Below the pieces are notes generated by a model. The model ran no database searches. It saw nothing but the letters and a program-made list of their open reading frames with translations, and was not told the DNA's origin. Below are positions 7,301-12,402 of a stretch of 12,402 bases of DNA, piece by piece. Made by a program: the position numbers and the translations under genes. The stretch lies in contig CAYVEU010000028.1 of the NCBI GenBank assembly GCA_964450015.1, forward strand, positions 4,236 through 16,637, read 5' to 3'. Position 1 is the stretch's first letter, and each line of letters begins with the position of its first letter. Source of the DNA: an uncultured Christensenella sp. Lineage in GTDB: Bacteria; Bacillota; Clostridia; Christensenellales; DTU072.

Positions 7301-8563
7301 ATGAAAAAACCGTTTATAACTAAGGAAAAAGCCGCTGAGATCGCGGCGGTATACCCCACTCCTTTTCACGTCTACGACGAAAAAGGAATTGTCGACAATG
7401 CAAAAGAGCTTTTCGCTTCTTTCGGTTGGAACAAAGGCTTTAAGGAATATTTTGCCGTAAAAGCTACCCCGAACCCCGCAATTTTGAAGCTTTTGAAATC
7501 CTGCGGCTGCGGCGTAGACTGTTCCAGCCTTACCGAACTTTTAATGGCGGAAGCGTGCGGATTTTCCGGCGACGAAATCATGTTTTCCAGCAACGAAACT
7601 CCCGCTCAGGAATTTGTGCTGGCACGCAAACTGAACGCAATCATCAACTTGGACGATATTACCCATATCGACTTTTTAAAGCAAAACGGCGGAATACCCA
7701 AAAAATTATGTTTGCGCTTCAATCCGGGCGGCGACTTCAAAATCGGCAACCGCATTATGGGCAACCCTGCCGACGCAAAGTACGGTCTTACCCGTCCGCA
7801 AATGTCCGAAGCCGTCAAGCGCTTGCTGAAAGAAGGCGTAGAGGAATTCGGTATTCACGCGTTTTTGGCAAGCAACACTTTGGGCAACGACTACTACCCC
7901 GAGCTTGCCCGTATCCTTTTTGAAACCGTCGCGGAAATAACCGAAGAAACGGGCGCGAAGTTCGTTTTCGTAAATTTGAGCGGCGGCATAGGCGTGCCCT
8001 ACCGCCCCGACCAACCGAAAAACGACGTTAAAGTTATCGCCAAAGGCGTGGAAAAAGCCTATAACGAAGTGCTTGTCGCCCGCGGCATAAAAGACGTTAA
8101 AATATTCACCGAGCTCGGTCGTTATATGCTCGCGCCCTACGGACACCTTGTAACGAGAGCAATCCACGTCAAGCACACCCACAAGGAATATATCGGCGTT
8201 GACGCTTGCGCGGCAAACCTTATGCGCCCCGCAATCTACGGCGCGTATCATCATATAACGGTACTCGGCAAGGAAAACGCGGACTGCGACCGAATCTACG
8301 ACGTAGTCGGCTCGCTGTGCGAAAACAGCGACAAATTCGCGGTGGACAGAGCCCTGCCTCAAATCGATATAGGCGACCTTTTGGCTATCCACGACGCGGG
8401 CGCGCACGGTTTCTCAATGGGCTACAACTATAACGGCAAATTGAGAAGCGCGGAAATATTGCTCCACGCCGACGGCTCTTTCGACTGTATCCGCCGCGCC
8501 GAAACTGTTAAGGACTACTTCGCAACCTTCAACTTTATGGACGAATTTAAAGAATACAGATAA
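7301..8563 (+). CDS. lysA: PLP-dependent fold-III decarboxylase, diaminopimelate decarboxylase (LysA) family
   Basis: 420-aa ORF with the PLP-lysine block FAVKATPNPAILKLL and the glycine-rich PLP phosphate loop NLSGGIGVPY. Also carries GSLCENSD (cf. DAPDC CESGD) and HDAGAHG. SD AAGGA lies upstream. The exact substrate (DAP, carboxynorspermidine or ornithine) is not resolvable by eye. Confidence 0.85.
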   Translation: MKKPFITKEKAAEIAAVYPTPFHVYDEKGIVDNAKELFASFGWNKGFKEYFAVKATPNPAILKLLKSCGCGVDCSSLTELLMAEACGFSGDEIMFSSNETPAQEFVLARKLNAIINLDDITHIDFLKQNGGIPKKLCLRFNPGGDFKIGNRIMGNPADAKYGLTRPQMSEAVKRLLKEGVEEFGIHAFLASNTLGNDYYPELARILFETVAEITEETGAKFVFVNLSGGIGVPYRPDQPKNDVKVIAKGVEKAYNEVLVARGIKDVKIFTELGRYMLAPYGHLVTRAIHVKHTHKEYIGVDACAANLMRPAIYGAYHHITVLGKENADCDRIYDVVGSLCENSDKFAVDRALPQIDIGDLLAIHDAGAHGFSMGYNYNGKLRSAEILLHADGSFDCIRRAETVKDYFATFNFMDEFKEYR

Positions 8564-8587
8564 GCCGAAAAAACTAAAATATACGAG

Positions 8588-8618
8588 AAAAGCTTGCCAA
8601 ACGGCAGGCTTTTTCTTT
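8588..8618 (+). terminator. Intrinsic terminator after the decarboxylase gene
   Basis: AAAAGCTTGCC-aaac-GGCAGGCTTTTTCTTT: a 7-bp stem with one G-U pair (8592-8598 / 8603-8609) followed by a T-run at 8610-8618. Confidence 0.7.
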
Positions 8619-8876
8619 ATGAAGTATTTCAATTTGCCTTATAATTTAGAACTCCTCTCTCTATACTTCGCTTTGTCCCGATTTTAAATGCGCTTTTTTG
8701 CAGTTATATTTACAATTTATCGGATATTTGCCGATTGTTGTTATAATCAACTTAATTTGTAATTATCGTTTTCCCATTTGCGGCGTATTTATCGTCGAAA
8801 TAAGAACTCTGAATTATATCCTCCGCAGCTCATACCCTCGTTTATTCAAAATATTTATAAATAAGTATTATAAGCG

Positions 8877-8912
8877 TTGCTACTTACCCAGCGAAATGTG
8901 TTAGAATATAAT
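8877..8912 (+). promoter_or_regulatory. Candidate promoter for surface-protein gene (TTGCTA ... TGtTAGAAT / TATAAT)
   Basis: -35-like TTGCTA at 8877-8882, extended -10 TGtTAGAAT at 8899-8907, and an overlapping TATAAT at 8907-8912. The SD GGAGG (8927-8931) is 5 nt before the ATG at 8937. The spacer is 19 nt, so the assignment is tentative. Confidence 0.35.
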
Positions 8913-8936
8913 AAACGCTAAAACACGGAGGAACTC

Positions 8937-10280
8937 ATGAGTAAAAATATTAGGCTCTCGATTTTTATTATTATTCTCTTCACGTTATTGGCGTTATGCG
9001 CGGCAACGAATTATTCCGATATAGCGTACGCGGCGGACGATAATACGGTAGAACTCGTATTCGTTTTCGACGAAAAGGTCTTAACGGAATTGCTTGTGAC
9101 GGAAGGCACGATCGCTCGCTCGCCCGATCTCGAAGATATTGCCGACGGTATACAAACGGGATATACCGTAGAATGGCGGTTTGCCGATAATAGAAAAGCG
9201 GAATTTCCATACGCCGTCAACGCAGCGGATTCGACCGAGGGCAAAATTTTCTTCTACGGTTCCCTCGTTCCGACAGAACCTGAAATAACGATAACCGTTT
9301 GCGCAGGAACCGACGAAACGACTTTTTCATACGCGTTCGGCACCGAACCCGCCTTGCCCGAGAAAGTTTTCGGCTTTACGGTAAGCGACTGGTACTTGGA
9401 CGACGATTACGGTAAAAAGTATACGCCGAAAATAATCGAAACGCCGTTTACACTCTACCCGCTTTTTACCGACAGGAAAATTACCGTCACGGTAGACGGC
9501 GAGGAAACCGAAGTGGATTTCGGCTCTAAGCTTCCGCCAAAAGCGGACACCGCTACGCACAAATTTGTAGGCTACTTGCAAAACGGGCTTCCTTTTAACG
9601 GAAGAATTTTATCACCTACTGCTTTAACTGCCGATTTCGAAAGAGTTAAATTTTGCGTGACCGTCGTAAAAGACGATTCGACAAAATTGTATTTTACCGT
9701 CGGCGAAGCGATAGAAAAGGACGCATTGGCAAGCTACGGCAATAAATTTACCTTGGACGCCGCAGGCGAAAACGCAGTAGCGTTTCCATTCACTCCCGAA
9801 GACGACGTAAATATCTACGCGTTTGACGAAACAACGGCCGTACCGGAAACGCCGACTACGCAAACCTTTGCGATAACCGTAATTTCCGAACACGCCGAAT
9901 TGATTGTAGCGTCCCGTTCGGAAGCCGGAAAAATCATCTCGTTTCGCGTCGTTTTCGTGGAAAGCGGTTTTAAAATAAATTCCCTGACAATTTCGTCCGA
10001 CGGTGCTTCCGTGCCCATGATTTTCGACAATACGACAGGCAGATTTATAATGCCGGAAGGCGACGTAACGATAACGATTACGTTTACCGACTCCGACGCA
10101 AATAATTATACGAACGCCAAGATAAAATTGACGACGAAAGAAATAATAGCCATATCCGTGACGGGCTCTGCCCTGCTGATTGCGGGCGTAACGATTTTAA
10201 TTATCAATATCAAAAAGAATAAAGATAAGAAGAAAACGGAAAAGAAACCGAGCGACGCTAACGGCTCGGCTTCAACGTAA
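8937..10280 (+). CDS. Secreted acidic Thr/Asp/Glu-rich surface protein with N-terminal signal peptide and C-terminal TM anchor plus Lys-rich cytoplasmic tail
   Basis: 447-aa ORF. The signal peptide is MSKNIRLSIFIIILFTLLALCAATNYSDIAYA|ADD. The ectodomain is long and beta-rich. The C-terminus is IIAISVTGSALLIAGVTILIINI followed by KKNKDKKKTEKK. No LPXTG or choline-binding repeats. Strong SD. Confidence 0.8.
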   Translation: MSKNIRLSIFIIILFTLLALCAATNYSDIAYAADDNTVELVFVFDEKVLTELLVTEGTIARSPDLEDIADGIQTGYTVEWRFADNRKAEFPYAVNAADSTEGKIFFYGSLVPTEPEITITVCAGTDETTFSYAFGTEPALPEKVFGFTVSDWYLDDDYGKKYTPKIIETPFTLYPLFTDRKITVTVDGEETEVDFGSKLPPKADTATHKFVGYLQNGLPFNGRILSPTALTADFERVKFCVTVVKDDSTKLYFTVGEAIEKDALASYGNKFTLDAAGENAVAFPFTPEDDVNIYAFDETTAVPETPTTQTFAITVISEHAELIVASRSEAGKIISFRVVFVESGFKINSLTISSDGASVPMIFDNTTGRFIMPEGDVTITITFTDSDANNYTNAKIKLTTKEIIAISVTGSALLIAGVTILIINIKKNKDKKKTEKKPSDANGSAST

Positions 10281-10346
10281 TTGAACGTAAATAACGCAAG
10301 TCTAGCACAAACAATTCTTGTTCTTTTTAAATACAATTCGGGCGTT

Positions 10347-11051
10347 TTATTTATCCGCTTCTTCCGAAGACGCGTTCTCGCAGTTTTTATCTGCTCTCAT
10401 TTTCGATTTTTCGCTCAAAGCAAGCAATTGATAAGCTCTCACGAACAGTTCGCTCGTGTCGGAAATGTCTTTGCTGTTATCTACGATAGCTTTCACGACG
10501 TCCTTTTCAAAATTTTCGTTAGCTATTATTACGAACTTAAAATTTAGACCCTTTTCTTTGAAAAATTGGTTAAGATGTTTAATGGGTTGTGCTAAACTAC
10601 TAAATAGCTCGTTATTGATTTTCGGCGTAGCAAAGACAATTTCCGCAGTCCTTGCATTTAAGTAACCGTATATGCTTAGTGCTGTGCGTATATATTTCCC
10701 AATTACTTTACAAATAGTTTTCTTCTTTGAAGCATAGTTTAAACCGCCGGCGTGAAACGCCACGTCAACGGCATAAAACGTGGGTTCGCCGTCTCCGAAC
10801 TCAACACCCAACAGGTCGATTTCTCCCTGTTTGACTACTTGGCTCAGCGAACTGTTACCGAAAAGCTTGTAATCGTATTTTTTTTCGAAATACCCGTGCA
10901 AATCCTTAAATATCTCTTCGCTTACGCATTTCTTCTCATCGGACAAAACCGCCCATTGCCCCGAAACTTTCCAATTCGTGTGCACCAGCCTACATTTCTT
11001 TACGTGTAAAAGCCAAGAATAAAGAAGGGATTCCGCTATTTCTATTTTCAT
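10347..11051 (-). CDS. Hypothetical protein (234 aa), possibly nuclease-fold; co-oriented and likely co-transcribed with rarA
   Basis: ORF with SD AAGGAG 7 nt upstream of the ATG at 11049-11051 and only a 50-nt gap from the rarA stop. No recognisable catalytic signature. An E(6)...EIDLLGVE...VDVAF pattern is vaguely PD-(D/E)xK-like, and the tail is charged. Confidence 0.65.
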   Translation of the reverse strand: MKIEIAESLLYSWLLHVKKCRLVHTNWKVSGQWAVLSDEKKCVSEEIFKDLHGYFEKKYDYKLFGNSSLSQVVKQGEIDLLGVEFGDGEPTFYAVDVAFHAGGLNYASKKKTICKVIGKYIRTALSIYGYLNARTAEIVFATPKINNELFSSLAQPIKHLNQFFKEKGLNFKFVIIANENFEKDVVKAIVDNSKDISDTSELFVRAYQLLALSEKSKMRADKNCENASSEEADK

Positions 11052-11101
11052 TTATTTCTCCTTGGTTATTCGAACCGATATTTTATTTCTCAACCGTTTA
11101 T

Positions 11102-12402
11102 TTATTTCTTTCCCAATTGCTCTTTTAAGAAGTTCAAAAATTCTTCGATTCTTTTCTCATTGCCCGTTCCCGACAGCTTAAAATAATGCGTATCTTTCAA
11201 TTCCTCCGGCATACAGTTCTTGCCCGAATAGTGATTTTTCGAAGAATGGACGTTATCGAGCCCGATACCCCTGCCAAGCTTTTTTGCGCCGCCGTAACTC
11301 GAATCTTGCAAAAACGGCGGTATGGGAATATTGCCCGTGCGTTCGACGTCGCTCATTGCATACCCGATACCGTAAACCGCGTCCGATTTCGGACAGCAAC
11401 AAACGTACAACGCGGCGTGTGCCAAAATTTTAGCGGCTTCCGGCATTCCTATCCTTTCGATTGCGAGCATCGCGCTAGTAGCGACTACTAACGCGTTAGA
11501 GTTTGCCAGTCCTACGTCTTCGCTTGCGCATACGCATATTCTTCTTGCAATGTACTTAATATCCTCGCCCGCTACCAACATTCTGGCGAGATAATACAGC
11601 GTGGCGTCGGGTTCGGTATGTTTCATCGACTCGATAAACGCGGAAATAGCGTCGTAATGGTTGTCCCCGTCGACGTCGTAGCGTATGGCTTTCTTCTGAA
11701 TACATTCTTCCACGACTTCCATCGTTATCCGAATACGCCCGTCGGAATCGGGCTCGGTCGTAAGCCGCGCAAGTTCCAAAGCGTTTAATACGGCTCTCGC
11801 GTCACCGTCCGCAACGTCCGCCAAAAATTCTTCGGCGTCCTTGTCTATTACTATATCGTCGTTTCCGTATCCCTTTTCTTTGTCGCTCAACGCACGATCG
11901 ATAAGCGTCGCCAAATCGTCTTTCGAAAGCGGTTTCAATTCGAAAATTCGGCAGCGGGACAGTAGCGCGTTATTGACTTCGAAATACGGATTTTCGGTAG
12001 TCGCGCCGATAAGAGTGAGCGTTCCGTCCTCGACGAACGGCAATAGATAATCCTGCTGTCCTTTGTTGAACCTATGTATCTCGTCGATAAAAAGAATGGT
12101 CCGCTTGTTTAGTACGGCAATGGAATTTTTTGCTTCCTTTACGACTTCTTCCACGTCTTTTTTGCCCGCGTTTGTAGCGTTTATCTGCCTGAAAAGGCAG
12201 TTGGTCGTATTTGCTATGACCTTTGCCAACGTCGTCTTGCCCGTTCCGGGCGGTCCGTACAAAATAATGGAGCCGAGCTTGTCCGCCACGATAACCCTGT
12301 AAAGCAATTTGCCCTTGCCGATAACGTGCCGCTGCCCGACTATTTTGTCAAGAGTAGTCGGACGCATTCTCGACGCCCGCGGATAGGACTTGTTCTTTTC
12401 TT
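11102..12402 (-). CDS. rarA: Replication-associated recombination protein A (RarA/MgsA, AAA+ ATPase); N-terminus extends beyond window end
   Basis: Walker [13 protein letters not shown], Walker [11 protein letters not shown], sensor/arginine finger [11 protein letters not shown], and the MgsA C-terminal domain. The reading frame stays open upstream of the M at 12367 (..[23 protein letters not shown]), matching the canonical RarA N-terminus, so the true start is at or beyond 12402. Confidence 0.92.
   Translation of the reverse strand, partial: EKNKSYPRASRMRPTTLDKIVGQRHVIGKGKLLYRVIVADKLGSIILYGPPGTGKTTLAKVIANTTNCLFRQINATNAGKKDVEEVVKEAKNSIAVLNKRTILFIDEIHRFNKGQQDYLLPFVEDGTLTLIGATTENPYFEVNNALLSRCRIFELKPLSKDDLATLIDRALSDKEKGYGNDDIVIDKDAEEFLADVADGDARAVLNALELARLTTEPDSDGRIRITMEVVEECIQKKAIRYDVDGDNHYDAISAFIESMKHTEPDATLYYLARMLVAGEDIKYIARRICVCASEDVGLANSNALVVATSAMLAIERIGMPEAAKILAHAALYVCCCPKSDAVYGIGYAMSDVERTGNIPIPPFLQDSSYGGAKKLGRGIGLDNVHSSKNHYSGKNCMPEELKDTHYFKLSGTGNEKRIEEFLNFLKEQLGKK

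Noticed and set aside
7706-8407. 233-aa minus-strand ORF inside the decarboxylase gene
   Set aside because: It is the antisense shadow of a well-supported 420-aa PLP-decarboxylase ORF, with no RBS.
8698-8904. 68-aa ORF in the AT-rich spacer
   Set aside because: It uses a TTG start, has no SD, and has a hydrophobic low-complexity translation typical of AT-rich non-coding DNA.
1-12402. Search for CRISPR repeats, IS/transposase, integrase, tRNA/rRNA
   Set aside because: No regularly spaced direct repeats, no terminal inverted repeats flanking ORFs, no transposase/integrase-like proteins and no cloverleaf-like segments were seen.

Overview
The window is a low-to-moderate GC, Firmicutes-like chromosomal segment containing mostly housekeeping genes, all supported by RBSs and hairpin terminators. 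Minus-strand genes are a 5'-truncated NuoE/HndA-family [2Fe-2S] subunit, citrate synthase, a PMCA/SERCA-type (P2) cation ATPase, and RarA/MgsA (start beyond the window end). Plus-strand genes are a LysA-family fold-III PLP decarboxylase and a secreted, C-terminally membrane-anchored acidic surface protein. Two regions are not ordinary. (1) A translationally coupled minus-strand three-gene cassette at 2107-4117 encodes a small zinc-ribbon protein, an SPFH/band-7-like protein with an unusual C-terminal transmembrane hairpin and acidic tail, and a Ser-rich membrane-anchored beta-protein. It has its own promoter and terminator and weakly resembles the Bacillus ydjG/ydjH/ydjI envelope-stress module. 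(2) The P-type ATPase is preceded by a ~165-nt leader whose 5' end carries a GGGAGUAG motif. The leader ends in a perfect 16-bp terminator hairpin whose 5' arm (CUCAA) can pair with the leader's first nucleotides (UUGAG), giving an ON-type riboswitch or attenuator architecture, possibly a divergent yybP-ykoY (Mn2+) element. A 234-aa unknown protein sits immediately downstream of rarA and is apparently co-transcribed with it. No CRISPR array, rRNA/tRNA or mobile element was found.
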